DNA from: Tubiluchus corallicola
Lineage: Eukaryota; Animalia; Priapulida
Length of the DNA: 64,000 nucleotides
Reading direction: 5' to 3'
Assembly: GCA_030141605.1 (NCBI GenBank)
Contig: JAQGDQ010000684.1
Span: 49,147-113,146 of the forward strand
The notes under the pieces were generated by a model. The model had not been told where the DNA came from. It was given only the letters and a program-made list of their open reading frames with translations, and ran no database searches. Made by a program: the position numbers and the translations under genes. Shown here one piece after another: positions 27,501 through 42,500 of this stretch (positions within the stretch are counted from its first letter, which is position 1; the number at the start of each line of letters is the position of its first letter).

Positions 27501-30500
27501 GCAAAAGTATATAAAAACTGTCTGCAATTGACTCAAATAACTCCGCACAATTGATTCTATATTTTTATACATAGAAAACAAAGTGACAGCCTGCCAACTA
27601 GCGGTCAGCTTGTGAAATAATGTACTGGGTCCGTAAAAATTTTCTCAACGAATTCACGCGATTTACAAAAAAGGGCACTACTGGTCTTCCAAAAACTCGG
27701 AATTCTGCGTATCCGAGGAAAATTCTCATCCCGGCTAGCGGTCAGGTCTGCGGGACTTTTTAACGGTCAAAATTTCGTCCGATTTTTTCAATATCCGTAA
27801 AAGCGAGGGCAAACCGAGACACGAGTGCATGACTTCTTACAACAAGTAAAACCGAATCACAAAGTCAACATGAGGCGACACCTGTGCATCTGTAGCCGGA
27901 GACAGAAACTGCGAATCTTTTAACAGTTCACAAATATCACTTCTTGTTCCCTGACCATTGGGCAAACGTGCTGCAGCATCACGCACTGAAAGAGAAAACA
28001 CGTAGCAAAGCAAACGACAACATTACAACATCAGTGGTGAGTGAGTTCAAGGCGCTGGAAATTAAATATTAATTATTTACAGCAGACGACTGTACAAATA
28101 CGGAAACAAACTTTAATGAAACCTTTTCGTTCATAATTGCGAGTTACATGAAAAATTATATTATGAATCTCGACTCACATGAATAACCAGTTTCATAAAT
28201 GAACTATAAAGCTAAATCATAATTTTATCAAAACTCAAAAACAATGTGAAACAACAATGAATGAAATATATTTTACATTTATTATTACAATTATATTTTG
28301 ACATACATAATTTTTTATTTTGCACAAATATTTAACTTCTAAATATTACATACATAATTTTTTATTTTGCACAGATATTTAACTTCTAAATATTACATAC
28401 ATAATTTTTTATTTTGCACAAATATTTAACTTCTAAATATTACTTCTTCAACAATATTATACAATTTTTCTTCAAAGCTTAGTATAAAACTGAAAACGTA
28501 TTAGTGATAGCTTTCACAAAAGGAAACAACTTTTAAAAGTTAAAACTTAATCAGAGCTTGTCCAGCAGACCGGACGGCTCAAAGACATAACTCAATCTTA
28601 AACCAAACTGTTCCAATCTTCAAATAAATTTATACGTACCTAAAGACAGGATAGTAACGAACGCTGGCCTATCAGACACCAACAGCGAATGCTCCCTCGA
28701 TTTTTTGGGTGCGCCTTGTTCCGTGCTGTAAATGCCTTTCACGGGACCGACGACGGCTTCATAACCGTGTAACGTGTACGTAAAAGAGAGATGTGGATTT
28801 GCATAGCGAAGTCTTTCCTAAATATAAAATACAACATGAATCATTATGATTAAACATAATCTCTTATATTAATATTCTTGGTATGTATATATATATATAA
28901 ATATATATATAAGATTCGAGGCTACAGCTTCGACGACGGCACCATTTGCGGCGATCTATACATCAAACGAAAGGTCTCGATCTAGTGTCGTCTCATTGAT
29001 GCTATATTTTTCGAATCGGGTCCACCGAGAGGAACGGGGGGCGAAAAACCTCCAAAAACGGCCATTTTTCGGCTGTTTTTTTGCAAAAGTTATACGGCTG
29101 AGATGTGGAGAACGGGAATGGGCCGAGGGTGGTGCTGGGTATGGATAGATAGCCCGTTCAGCGGGGGTGTAGTAGGCATATTTAGAATTAACTTATTAAT
29201 ATAGTTGCACTTCATGCCACTACCCTTCACCCCTTGATCGGAGGTCAGAGGTCAACACACTGTTGTCCTCCCCCCCGCCCACGGCTAACTATCCTGCAAG
29301 TTTCAAGCCCTAGCTTGTAATCCTAACGAGTTATTAAGCGAAAAGTTTGCAGAAAATAAATGAAAATCAAGAAAATCTTGCTACAGCAAAATTTTAATAA
29401 CCCACGCGGACAAAAACTATTTTTCCTGCTAAATTTGGCACATTTATGATTAAAAGTGTATACCAAAACACTGCACGCATGGTTTAAATGTATGTGTACA
29501 GTGCGCTTAAACAAAAATTTACTATTCAGTAATTACAATGACTTATTTTTACACGGAAATTTATCAAAAAATGATAGAAACTTTTTTTACAAAAAAACGT
29601 TAATTTATACTCAGATAAAGAGTAAATACATAACAGCTACTACAAATGTTTAAAAAAATTCGTACCTGAGCCTGAAATTCCATTTTCTCATCTTGAGTTG
29701 TTGGTCTAACAACGTAATCAGTCTGAATTCTTGGAGGTGGCGTGGAAGCAGCGACAACATCAATATTATCGGCACTCTCGGCGCCAATGTTGTTCAGCCA
29801 ATGATTACAGTAAGGAAGAAGTTCTTCGTCAGAATCTCGGTTGTATCCGATCCATTGCCAACATTGAGCTCTCTCTTTGTAATCCACGTACGGTACAAAA
29901 TCTTTAAATATTGGATCAGGCCCTAAACGGTACAAAATCTTTAAATATTGGATCAGGCCCTAAACGGTACAAAATCTTTAAATATTGGATCAGGCCCTAA
30001 ACGGTACAAAATCTTTAAATATTGGATCGGGCCCTAAACGGTACAAAATCTTTAAATATTGGATCGGGCCCTAAACGGTACAAAATCTTTAAATATTGGA
30101 TCGGGCCCTAAACGGTACAAAATCTTTAAATATTGGATCGGGCCCTAAACGGTACAAAATCTTTAAATATTGGATCGGGCCCTAAACGGTACAAAATCTT
30201 TAAATATTGGATCGGGCCCTAAACGGTACAAAATCTTTAAATATTGGATCAGGCCCTAAACGGTACAAAATCTTTAAATATTGGATCAGGCCCTAAACGG
30301 TACAAAATCTTTAAATATTGGATCAGGCCCTAAACGGTACAAAATCTTTAAATCTTTAAAAAATGAAAAAAAGCGATTTATTAAACACAGTAGTAGCAGG
30401 TTAATAAAATCACTACGGGACGAGTAGTAAGCGGTCTTAATAAACAGCAGTTTTGCTACGCCGCGACCTGTTGCAAGCGCGTATTCGGCTGCACTTTAAT

Positions 30501-33487
30501 TAATACCTTATGACAATTTAACATGGGGCAGTCAGCTCACTCGAATGCCTACAGGGTGTCTCAAAAAGAACAACAATGATTCAACAAACTAAAATTGACA
30601 TTAACTTCAATGTGATGTTGACTAGGAAGAGCCAAATCTAGGAAATGGAACTTAAACGTTGCTTTTGTCACCAATTACTGAAAAGCGTGGTCTTATTAAA
30701 CGGGACACTGGTTTTATTAACCAAATTATCTTAACAATAGTTTCTAGGCGGGTAATTGCAAACCGTGCAGAAACAGTTCTAAAATCTAGCTGATCTTATG
30801 GGCGTATGATGATGATGATGATGATACAGTAGTTGCCGCATATTATAAAATTACAGATAATAAAAATAATAATATCCCGTCACATCTATTGTAGACATAG
30901 GGCAAACAATATATACTGTACTTATATTTATATGTACAACTAATATATAACACGTACAGAAAAAAAATCAAGCACGGAAATCTTCAATTTTCGAACACAA
31001 ATTCGATAATTAATTGCAGCAAAATAAAAGGTTTTCAATACAGGTAATGTACCTATAGTGTCACCAGCCAGGAATTTCAGCGCTGATGTTACCAGCTCGA
31101 CCCAATTTGGATGCAAGTGTGACCATTCGCTGAACGAACTGGCGCCCGAATCTTGCCACAACTTTGTCCTTTCTTCAAGCTTACCGGTGCCGACTTTGCG
31201 GTCGTGGCTGTCGATGATCAGGTCACGCAACAATGCAAAGAAACAATTGTACCCCGAGGTCAGGTATTTTGGCGTAATCGGCCTGTAAAAGTAGAAAACG
31301 CAAAATTTAAAAACAAAACAGAGTTGTCGAGAAATGCGCCAACATGTCGTATCTTGAGACACAGCGCTTATTCGTATTTACACGGGTTGCTTGGATCACC
31401 CAGCAAACAGATTTATGAATGAACCATACAACCATTAAAAATTTTATAGAGAAGTACTACTTGGCATTCTGCCTAACTGCCCATTTAATGAACTAATTAT
31501 TTCATAGTAATAGTAATGGTAATGGGTGATGGTGATGGTGATGATGGTAATAGTGATGGTGATGGTGATCATGGTAATAGTAATGGTGATAATCTTCTCG
31601 ATTATCAAATTCAAAAATAAATAAAAATTACAAAGTTCCTGACATGGGTAACTGTCTGCCTGTACAGTTTGCTGCACAAATACGTTTGAAATTAATATCA
31701 GGATTGCTAATGCAGATTCTGAAATGAACACAGGATGACTTTTCATATTCTACCCCATTTTCAAGTCCGATAAAAATTATACATTTTAACACGATTAATA
31801 CTGCAAAAGCGCTTCTGATAATTAAATAATAGATTAAAAACTTAATTTGTGGTGGGCGAGCCTAACTATTGATGACATCACAAACTAGCATAATTTTCAA
31901 AAGGAAAAATATTCCACGAGCGTGTTACAAGTGTTTGAGAAATAGAAAATTGAAGTACAGAGCTACTGTAAGAGATTCAGTGTGTTCTAATAATAAAATA
32001 CTACAAGTTTTAAGATAAAAATTCAAGTTTCAAATATAGATTTTTAAGTAAACTGAGAAAGTAAAACAAACAAATAAGAATTTGAAGACTACTTACCGTG
32101 TAAGGTCTTCCTCAAAATTAAATTTGCCCGGTAAGGTTGCATCGTTGTTTGCGACATCGTCTCCCAAACCTCTCGAGTCTCCGACATCCACTTTTAATTT
32201 CTTTTTCTTTTTCTTCTTTAGTTCTTTCTTAACTTCAACATGCTCCGCCTCTATTTCTTCCTGTACAAAAAGTCAAGCGTGTTTAAACGCCAATAGGCAT
32301 CAAACGAACAAAGTCTTCAGTTCATTGAGTAACTCGCCCATGATGGAATGACATTCTAGGTTACTTAATGACAGGAACTGCAAATGAAGAAGTTAACTTT
32401 ACCTGACACAAAATTGATAATGAGTTAATTTGTAAAAACTGTTAACCCTTTCATACCCGTTGTATCCCGTGGGATACGAGAATATTTTCTGCTTTTAAAA
32501 TTAATAAAATTTTAAAACTGACAGTTATTTGATCTGTTAATAGTTATTTTGATTTAAGCCAATAACAATAGACTAAAAATGGTGATAAAATGTCAAACTA
32601 GAAAATCTACATAGCATAAAAAACTGCGCAAGGTACAGTACTTTAGAGACGACTTTGTACAGATCAGCATAGCATGCATACTAAATGTCTTAAATACTTT
32701 AAAAAATTATCAGCAGTTACAAAATGAAGCACATTTTATGTTTCCATTAAATCCCAATGTATCCCGTGGGATACAGGCTATATTTAGCACGCGGTCACAG
32801 GTAGAAAAAATAATTATTATATGTAAATAAGATGGACATACTGAACAAATGTACCGAGCCAAAAAATTTGGGACTGAAAGGGTTAATTACTTTCCAAACA
32901 TCAGACCTGTACGAACTACATTTCCATTTGAAAACAATGCGAGAAGTTTGACAACTCATAAGCATCTGTCGTTTAGACTATAAGATACTTGGTTTAAAAT
33001 GCAGACACATTTTAGAAGAACAACGTGCATAAGGGTGCGAACACAGCGAAAAATTGTTAAATTGTAATTATTATCAGCGTTTGTTGTTAGTGGTGATTCA
33101 CGCTGATTGATGCACATAATGAAGCTTTGAAGCTTCAGCTAATTTCTCTGCTAGACTGAAACAGCTATTATAGTACCTATTTACAAAAAATAAAAAAACA
33201 GTGTACATTATGCGGAATTTGGCTACCAGCTATACTTTTCCACAGTACATAAGAAATGACCTTTACTGACCTATACTGCAAAAATTACACTATCATCATC
33301 ATCATCATCATCATCATCATCTCCGGAGTCACATGTTCACTGACATGACCCTGCCTATCACTTCAGACCCGCAACCTCCTATATCTCTGTATTTTTGATA
33401 TCTAATGATGTGTTGATAAGATCTTTTTGGATGAAATTGATGTGAGTCAGATGTAATTACGCTAATCATCATCATCATCATCATCAT

Positions 33488-33524
<37 letters not shown>

Positions 33525-36500
33525 TAATGTGTTGATAAGATCTGTTTGGATGAAATTGATGTGAGTCAGATGTAATTACACTAATAATCATCATCATCAT
33601 CATCATCATACGCCCGTCACGTCTATTGTAGACACTGGACAGGCAGAATTCTAAAATAAAAGAAATCTGCCTTCAGACAGATAAACGCAGCAGTAATTGA
33701 GCAAAAAAACTACGCCAGTGGCTTGTCAGCACCATTTCCACTAAATTACACTAAACTCTTTACCCATATTCTTGCAACGTGGGAAATCTTTTCACCTTAC
33801 TTGTTTGTTCAGTAATTAGACAAGCTCTGTCACATGATTTCCCTCATTACCTATAATGATATATGGAGTCTACATGCTTTCTTAGACACAAGTCTGAATT
33901 TCTTTACTTAAGACAGCACATGCCGTCAAATGGCTTCAGAGTATTAAAAGGAAAAGAAACACAAAAAAGACAGAAACACAAAGGAAGAATATTTTCTCGA
34001 AAACCGTTGCCTTCAAGTCGGAAGGTACCTTAATTTCTTGTATCATGTGAGTAAATCCTGTCGGTGAAAGAGATCCGGTATTCTGCTTCTTCGATGGATG
34101 AGTTCTTGCAATCACATCTTTTAAATCAATATTCTTTATGTCTAGATCAGCCGCATCCTACAAACATTCAAACAATGTCAGTTCTGTTAGATGAAATGAA
34201 GGCCATACTCATGCAAATTTCATGGTTTTTAAACAACCAACATTCATTATTGTAAACAGGTGTTAGGAGAATCACAGTAAGAAAATTCCAAATGCTATGA
34301 AGAGCCTTAAATATTACAAAGTAATACAAAGTGAGCCTGAAAGTGAGCCTGGTGGATCATGTAAATGTGCCATTTGTAAATTCAGCAAACTTCCCAATTT
34401 TGTTAAGTCGTAGTTAAATGCTGAATGTGTTGGCAGGAAAATTTTTTATTGACCTAGATAGCTTTTGTGTAAATTTTAGCAAATGTTACTGCCTAAAATT
34501 TTACTGTCTCAAATTTTTACTGTCTTCATGTAGGTGGTATCCAAAAGATTTTAAGAAGTACATATTATTACCATGTTATCGCTCATATACATTATGTTTG
34601 ATATCGGTTGACGAGCTTTAAACTCATGTTCTGCAAATATGTACTGTTTTATATCATACCAATGAAAATAAATATTATCTTATCTTATCTTATCTAGGAA
34701 CCCATACATTGGATGGAGGGTAAAAAGTTTGGAAATGGCGGATTTGTCATGTTACCAATAAAAATTTTCGTGTTTTGCCTAAAGAATTTCTCAAACATGG
34801 CATTATCAGAACCTGCAAGAAAAACAGTTTCTCTACAGGGGAAATAGAGACTGAATCAGGAAATGCTAGATCTCATTCTGAAAAAGATTTAGTACTGATA
34901 GAGAGTAATTCTTACGATAAATCGGTTTCAATTGAAATTCAATCTTCTCTGTTACAATTAGTATAATTCGTCGTATTTGAACATTGTAAGCAGACCTCAC
35001 AGTCCCAGGGATGCCAGCAAGAAATTACAGGGGCGGGGGCAGCACTTATGAGAAGGGGACATTTTGTTTACCCATATTTCTTTTAAAGTGAATAAAAAAT
35101 GAATGACAGATACACGTTTTTAACTAGAATTCAATTTTGATAATGCAAGCTAAAAATCGCAGTTTGACAAATTAAGTACAAACAATTCTTCCATAAAAAA
35201 AGCAAAGTTCTACTTCCGCACTACCCCTCCCCTGGGAAAGGGCGGGCGTGTGGGCACTGCCCCCGTGGCTCTGTCGACCCCTGAAACAGTAATCATTATA
35301 ATTATAATTATTATCAAAATTTTTCGATAAATTCAAATGGCATGCAAGACCAATATTCCACAAAATCGAAATGAATTGATTATTCAACTTACGTCGTTTT
35401 CCAATCGTCTTTTCTTGTGCTTCATTAGCATAAGTCGGTATCTTTCCTCTGTCATCTTCGGTGCCGGCGAGTACTCATTGGAGACGGCGCCACGAGGAGA
35501 GAACGTCGACATGACCTCCATCTCGTCTGAATTGTCTCCATCTTGTCTACACGCAGCTGCACGAAATTTGCCGCGAGGAACCGGGAAACCGGGAAACAAT
35601 TCGTCGTCATCAGATGTATCTTCCTCTCCGCATTCGTCCCGGACTTCTTTGAGAATTCTGTGGATCATTTTTATTGTAAATTAAAAGTCAAACTCTATTG
35701 TGTTACACTGTAGGTAAATTTCAAACTGTATAACAGTAAATAATTCAGTAGATATACACCGTACAAACCACTTAATTTTAAACTGTACTATTTTTCGGGC
35801 GTGTATTACCAATAGCTAACTAGGCCTTACCCAGGGGTGCCAAATTTTACGGGCCCAGTGCAAAAGAATTCGTATTCTCCTTGGAAAATGCATACTCAGT
35901 TATATAAGGTACCTATTTTATAACAGCACACAAGCAATAACTGAATCCGCTTTTACATAAGCACCATATAACAAATAAGTATAAGGCACTACACCACAAA
36001 CAGTTGCAGATAGTTTAGATATAAGAGCATATAAGATATTTATATATCAATACACATAATCAACAATGTGCTAGTGTTACTAATACACCACAAATAATTG
36101 TGCACTATACCAATACACATAATCAACAATGTGCTAGTGTTACTAACACACCACAAATAATTGTGCACCATATTAATACACATAATTATCGTGTTACTAA
36201 TACACCACAAATAATTGTGCACCATAGCAATACACATAATTAACAATGTACTCGGGTTACTAATACACCACAAATAATTGTGCACCATATCAATACACAT
36301 AATTATCATATTACTAATACGCCACAAATAATTGTGCACCATAGCAATACACATAATTAACAATGTACTCGGGTTACTAATACACCACAAATAATTGTGC
36401 ACCATATCAATACACATAATTATCGTATTACTAATACGCCACAAATAATTATGCACCATACCAATACACATAATTAACAATGTACTCGGGTTACTAATAC

Positions 36501-39500
36501 ACCACAAATAATTGTGTACCATACCAATACCCATAATTAACAATGTACTCGTATTACTAATACACCACAAATAATTGTGCACAATACCAATACCCATAAT
36601 TAACAATGTACTCGTATTACTAATACGCCACAAATAGTTGTGTAAAAATTTTATAAATAAACAAACATAAATACGTAATGGAAATGGACGGGGTAGATTT
36701 ATCAGCCTAGGGTTTCATAAAGTCTTGATATGCCCCTGCTAGTCATTCAACTCTATTCTGCGTGCAGTAAATTTCGCTCTGCTATATATAGTTTAGTGCA
36801 ACTCTCATAAAAACGTTAACACTTGACAAAAATGAATGAGATGGATAGTCAGTGAATCACGTATGGTTCAAATGTGCAACTTACTTGTGATATTGCTGAT
36901 AAGTTTGATACTCTAAACTTTGTTCTTTTGGATTATGTTTGTACGTACGTTCCACAACGACGGGCATGTCGGGCGGAGTTTTATACGCCACTTCCAAGTG
37001 TATCTATAGAAGAAAGTTTCATGAAAAAAAAATCCACAACAATCCATTACTTAAAGGCCAAGAAAAGGGGTACCCGAAGCAGGTTTAAGAAAAATCGCCT
37101 TAAAGAATTACAGTCTAGCCTCGTTCTCTCGCCTCTCGTTATGCCGCCAAACTCGTCTTTCAAAATAGAAAGTCCAGGACGGATTTCCTGCTTTGATATT
37201 TACCTCTTTAAGTCGCCACCCTCGCCACGTCATGCTAGGATGAGTGCTTATGTAAACTATATTCGTTATGTCGCCAATTCAATACATATACAGCGTGTCG
37301 ATCAATATAACCACGGTAAGTAGACAATGCTGCTTGTAGACAATGCTGCTGTACTTGGTTAATGCGCAGAGAAACTAAAGCGTCACCGATATACTTACTC
37401 TATAACACCATTTCTGATTTAATGTTGATTGGTATCATAATGCAAAATATATTTTATATGTACATAGAGGAACATTATGTTAATCAACTATTATGTATAT
37501 ACATATAGACTAACTTCGTTATATTCCCGTTATCTCGCCATACTCGCCTCTCGCCAAGTGGCGAGATAACGAGGCTAGACTGTATATTACTTTATAGCAA
37601 TTTTATGTGTACATCGTACTCGCATTGAAATGATTTTTGGTTTGTTTTCATTTTAAATTTCCTGCGACACTGTTCCGAAGTCGCCATTACACGTCATACA
37701 TGCACAACATAAATCAGGGGAAGAAAAGTAAATTTTAAACTAAGTTTAAACTATGTCCCATAAACTTTCCATGCAAAGTTATATTACTTAGCATTTCGCT
37801 TACCTGCTTGAAAGATTTATGTAACTAGAAAAGAAAATTATTAATTATTTAAATGCTTATTTATGGGAAACATGAAAAGCTCACCGTACTTTAAGGGTTA
37901 GGATATGAAAAATCATCCCGTTTTCCTTTAATTATGATCCCCACAAAGCCAACTTTTTAAATTTGTAAACTAAACTAGTAACATTAACTTGTCTTGCACA
38001 TTTTTCACCTGTCTTGCAACAAGAATCTCTTCGAGTAACTTAGAATAGTAACATACACATTTCTCACCTGTCTTGCAACAAGAATCTCTTTGAGTAATTT
38101 GGAATAGTGACATACACATTTCTCACCTGTCTTGCAACAAGAATCTCTTTGAGTAATTTGGAATAGTGACATACACATTTCTCACCTGTCTTGCAACAAG
38201 AATCTCTTTGAGTAATTTGGAATAGTACCATACACATTTCTCACCAGTCTTGCAACAAGAATCTCTTTGAGTAACTTAGAATAGTACCATACACATTTCT
38301 CACCTGTCTTGCAACAAGAATCTCTTTGAGTAACTTAGAATAGTACCATACACATTTCTCACCTGTCTTGCAACAAGAATCTCTTTGAGTAATTTGGAAT
38401 AGTGACATACACATTTCTCACCTGTCTTGCAACAAGAATCTCTTTGAGTAATTTGCAATAGTACCATACACATTTCTCACCTGTCTTGCAACAAGAATCT
38501 CTTTGAGTAACTTAGAATAGTACCATACACATTTCTCACCTGTCTTGCAACAAGAATCTCTTTGAGTAACTTAGAATAGTACCATACACATTTCTCACCT
38601 GTCTTGCAACAAGAATCTCTTTGAGTAATTTGGAATAGTACCATACACATTTCTCACCTGTCTTGCAACAAGAATCCTTTGAGTAATTTGGAATAGTGAT
38701 ATACACATTTCTCACCTGTCTTGCAACAAGAATCTCTTTGAGTAATTTGGAATAGTGACATACACATTTCTCACCTGTCTTGCAACAAGAATCTCTTTGA
38801 GTAACTTAGAATAGTACCATACACATTTCTCACCTGTCTTGCAACAAGAATCTCTTTGAGTAACTTAGAATAGTACCATACACATTTCTCACCTGTCTTG
38901 CAACAAGAATCCTTTGAGTAACTTGGAATAGTGACATACACATTTCTCACCTGTCTTGCAACAAGAATCTCTTTGAGTAATTTGGAATAGTACCATACAC
39001 ATTTCTCACCTGTCTTGCAACAAGAATCCTTTGAGTAATTTGGAATAGTGACATACACATTTCTCACCTGTCTTGCAACAAGAATCTCTTTGAGTAACTT
39101 AGAATAGTACCATACACATTTCTCACCTGTCTTGCAACAAGAATCTCTTTGAGTAACTTAGAATAGTACCATACACATTTCTCACCTGTCTTGCAACAAG
39201 AATCTCTTTGAGTAACTTAGAATAGTACCATACACATTTCTCACCTGTCTTGCAACAAGAATCTCTTTGAGTAACTTAGAATAGTACCATACACATTTCT
39301 CACCTGTCTTGCAACAAGAATCTCTTTGAGTAACTTAGAATAGTACCATACACATTTCTCACCTGTCTCGCAACAAGAATCTCTTTGAGTAACTTAGAAT
39401 AGTAACATACACATTTCTCACCTGTCTTGCAACAAGAATCTCTTTGAGTAACTTAGAATAGTACCATACACATTTCTCACCTGTCTTGCAACAAGAATCT

Positions 39501-42500
39501 CTTTCAGTAACTTAGAATAGTACCATACACATTTCTCACCTGTCTTGCAACAAGAATCTCTTTGAGTAACTTAGAATAGTACCATACACATTTCTCACCT
39601 GTCTTGCAACAAGAATCTCTTTGAGTAACTTAGAATAGTGACATACACATTTCGCACCAGTCTTGCAACAAGAATCTCTTTGAGTAATTTGGAATAGTGA
39701 CATACACATTTCTCACCTGTCTTGCAACAAGAATCTCTTTGAGTAATTTGGAATAGTACCATACACATTTCTCACCTGTCTTGCAACAAGAATCTTTTGA
39801 GTAATTTGGAATAGTGACATACACATTTCTCACCTGTCTTGCAACAAGAATCTCTTTGAGTAATTTGGAATAGTACCATACACATTTCTCACCTGTCTTG
39901 CAACAAGAATCCTTTGAGTAATTTGGAATAGTGACATACACATTTCTCACCTGTCTTGCAACAAGAATCTCTTTGAGTAATTTGGAATAGTGACATACAC
40001 ATTTCTCACCTGTCTTGAAAACAAGAATCTCTTTGAGTAATTTGGAATAGTGACATACACATTTCTCACCTGTCTTGCAACAAGAATCTCTTTGAGTAAC
40101 TTGGAATAGTACCATACACATTTCTCACCTGTCTTGCAACAAGAATCTCTTCGAGTAACTTAGAATAGTAACATACACATTTCTCACCTGTCTTGCAACA
40201 AGAATCTCTTTGAGTAACTAAGAATAGTAACATACACATTTCTCACCTGTCTTGCAACAAGAATCTCTTTGAGTAACTTGGAATAGTGCCGCTGCCGTTG
40301 ATACCTGTACTCCTTTCTCTTGGCACGTTCGCACATTCTCGTGTACTTTGCCACTTTCGGAGAAAAATGACCACCTGCGTAGAATTTTTCATACAAATAT
40401 AGGTTATACAGATACTCGCGGGAAACTGTGTCTTACTAACAAAACAGTTTATCTCGCTATTACTACCAAATCACATTGCACCGCCAAGCTAAAATTGAGA
40501 TGCTTACTTTAAAAAGCAAAATACGAGACTCGCATATACAAATACAAAACAATAAAGTAGTTCAATTACTGGCAATAATTAGGTCTGAACCACAAAATAC
40601 AACCAGCCAAAAATATTTAAACTTACTACATATCAAACGTATGATACGTCAACTACATTATGTACAATTTAGTTCGCAGTAAGGTAAGATCATTTCAGAA
40701 AATAAAGAATATTTAGTAAGGCCAGAATTTCGTTACATTTTGTCAGAATCTGGCTGACTCTCACCGCAACTTTTTACGAGAGTCTGGAGAATCAAGGTCT
40801 AAATTAGTTCAAGTACGATGAATTATAATCACTGAAACAGCAAATTTTGAATTTCACTCAAACTGTTTCAGTATAAGAATTAATTACTATCAGTACTGAC
40901 ATCTTTTTCAAAATGAGACGTAATGTTTCCTGATTCGGTCTCCAAGCCATTTAGAATTTTGTTGATTCTTCTCTTAGTCAGTGAATCGCAATCATCATTT
41001 ATTTCATCAAGAAGTGTAGCACAAGCGCAAACGACTACAGCCACATTGAAAACACTGGTTCTTGTCTGATCATGCTGCAGTTCCATCAATGTGATCAATA
41101 ACTGACTCTCTTGGCTCACACTCCATTGTCTTCTGAGACAGAAGGATGCCAACCAACCATATAGCACAAGCATTTTAAACAAGAATTGCTTTACATTTAT
41201 GGGAAACATGAAAGGCTTTGCTGATAACTTGACAAATCAACCATTTCCAAACTTAAGACACCGTCTGCCTGGCGTTCGCATTCTTGTCGGTTTGGCAACG
41301 AGTGTACATGCCAGTCTGAATGAAAAGCGCAGCTCGCAAGCTGCAATATGGCAACGTACATGCTAGCATAAGCCAAAAAACGAAACAATCAAATTAGTGC
41401 CAATATTTCTTTATTTTTTAGCATTCAGGCAAAACCTGCGCGAATCTAATTAGATGCATCGCAATGGGCATTCGCGCGAATATTTACGCGAGTGGATTCC
41501 GGGATTTGTATCGAAATTCTGACCCTGTTTAGATGCCCTTCTCTGTTTACGTAACAGAACAAGCCAGTAGTGAGTACCTTTCAACTTCCTTTGAAAAACT
41601 TGAACAGGCGATGAAAATTTGAATTCTTCCTGATCAAACAGTCGCCTTGAAAAAAAATTAAATGAGAAGCTAAGATGTTCGCTTGTTTCTGGGTTTATTA
41701 CTATTTTACACTGCAAAAACTGTTGTCAGTCTGATGCACTCATCATCACTAGTGTACACTACGCACATTAAAGTTTGAAAAACACGTTTGTGTGTTTGCA
41801 CGGCAAAAATGTCCAGAAGTCGGCAGCTAAGCTTATTTAGTTATTGATATAGTGAATCTCTATTTCACGAGGAACATTTTCGTACCAAGCTCATTGCTCT
41901 AAGTCATTTCGAATCTGAGATGATCTACACTGAAGTTGGCCTGCAGGCTACACACTGAAAACATAATCTTGAAAAGGTGGCTGTTAAAGTTAGCCATTGT
42001 TTTTTGTCATGCTTCTGAAAAATGCTCAGCCAGCATACGAACATGTGGTTGTTATGGACTTTGTAACAGCACAATGAAGTTCGAATTAAGTCCTGTAGAG
42101 GGCTCTTCGAAACGAAAATCTGGCATTAGGAACAGAAAAAAACTGCAAGCAAAATTACCACTTCCACAAGCTACTATTGGAGCTTGAAAATACGAATTTT
42201 TGACAAATGCAATATTAGTTTTAGTCAGACAAATGGGTGAGGAGTTACGAAGTTAAATTTTGAGTGTTTTCTAAACAATTTTCTGTCATTTTTATGTTAC
42301 AATATAGATGTCCACTTAGTACTTGCCAGAAAAAAATTGATTTTTGACCCAATTCCATTGCACTTTGAAGCAGTTTTAACCACACAAACTTGAGGGCAGT
42401 TTTGGTTTGCAAGCACACATTTAATGGTTAAAATGTTTTAATGCATCTTTCTTTGCAAAAAATATCAAGTTGTACTATATATCTGCTATAGTCAACAACA

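Noticed and set aside
36040-36633. 197-aa repetitive ORF, and a candidate fifth junction array
   Set aside because: Minisatellite lies ~250 bp and ~380 bp from the nearest exons and includes no NFRKB splice site; it is a counter-example to the junction pattern
35832-36738. Possible hAT element enclosing the 63-bp array (CAGGGG...CCCCTG)
   Set aside because: TIR match is very short and there is no TSD
36874-37323. 149-aa plus-strand ORF
   Set aside because: Antisense to an NFRKB exon and runs into a MITE; no recognisable domain
37990-40288. CRISPR-like regular array; ORFs 38771-39067 and 39630-40121
   Set aside because: No unique spacers, eukaryotic context, no cas genes; the ORFs are by-products of the repeat
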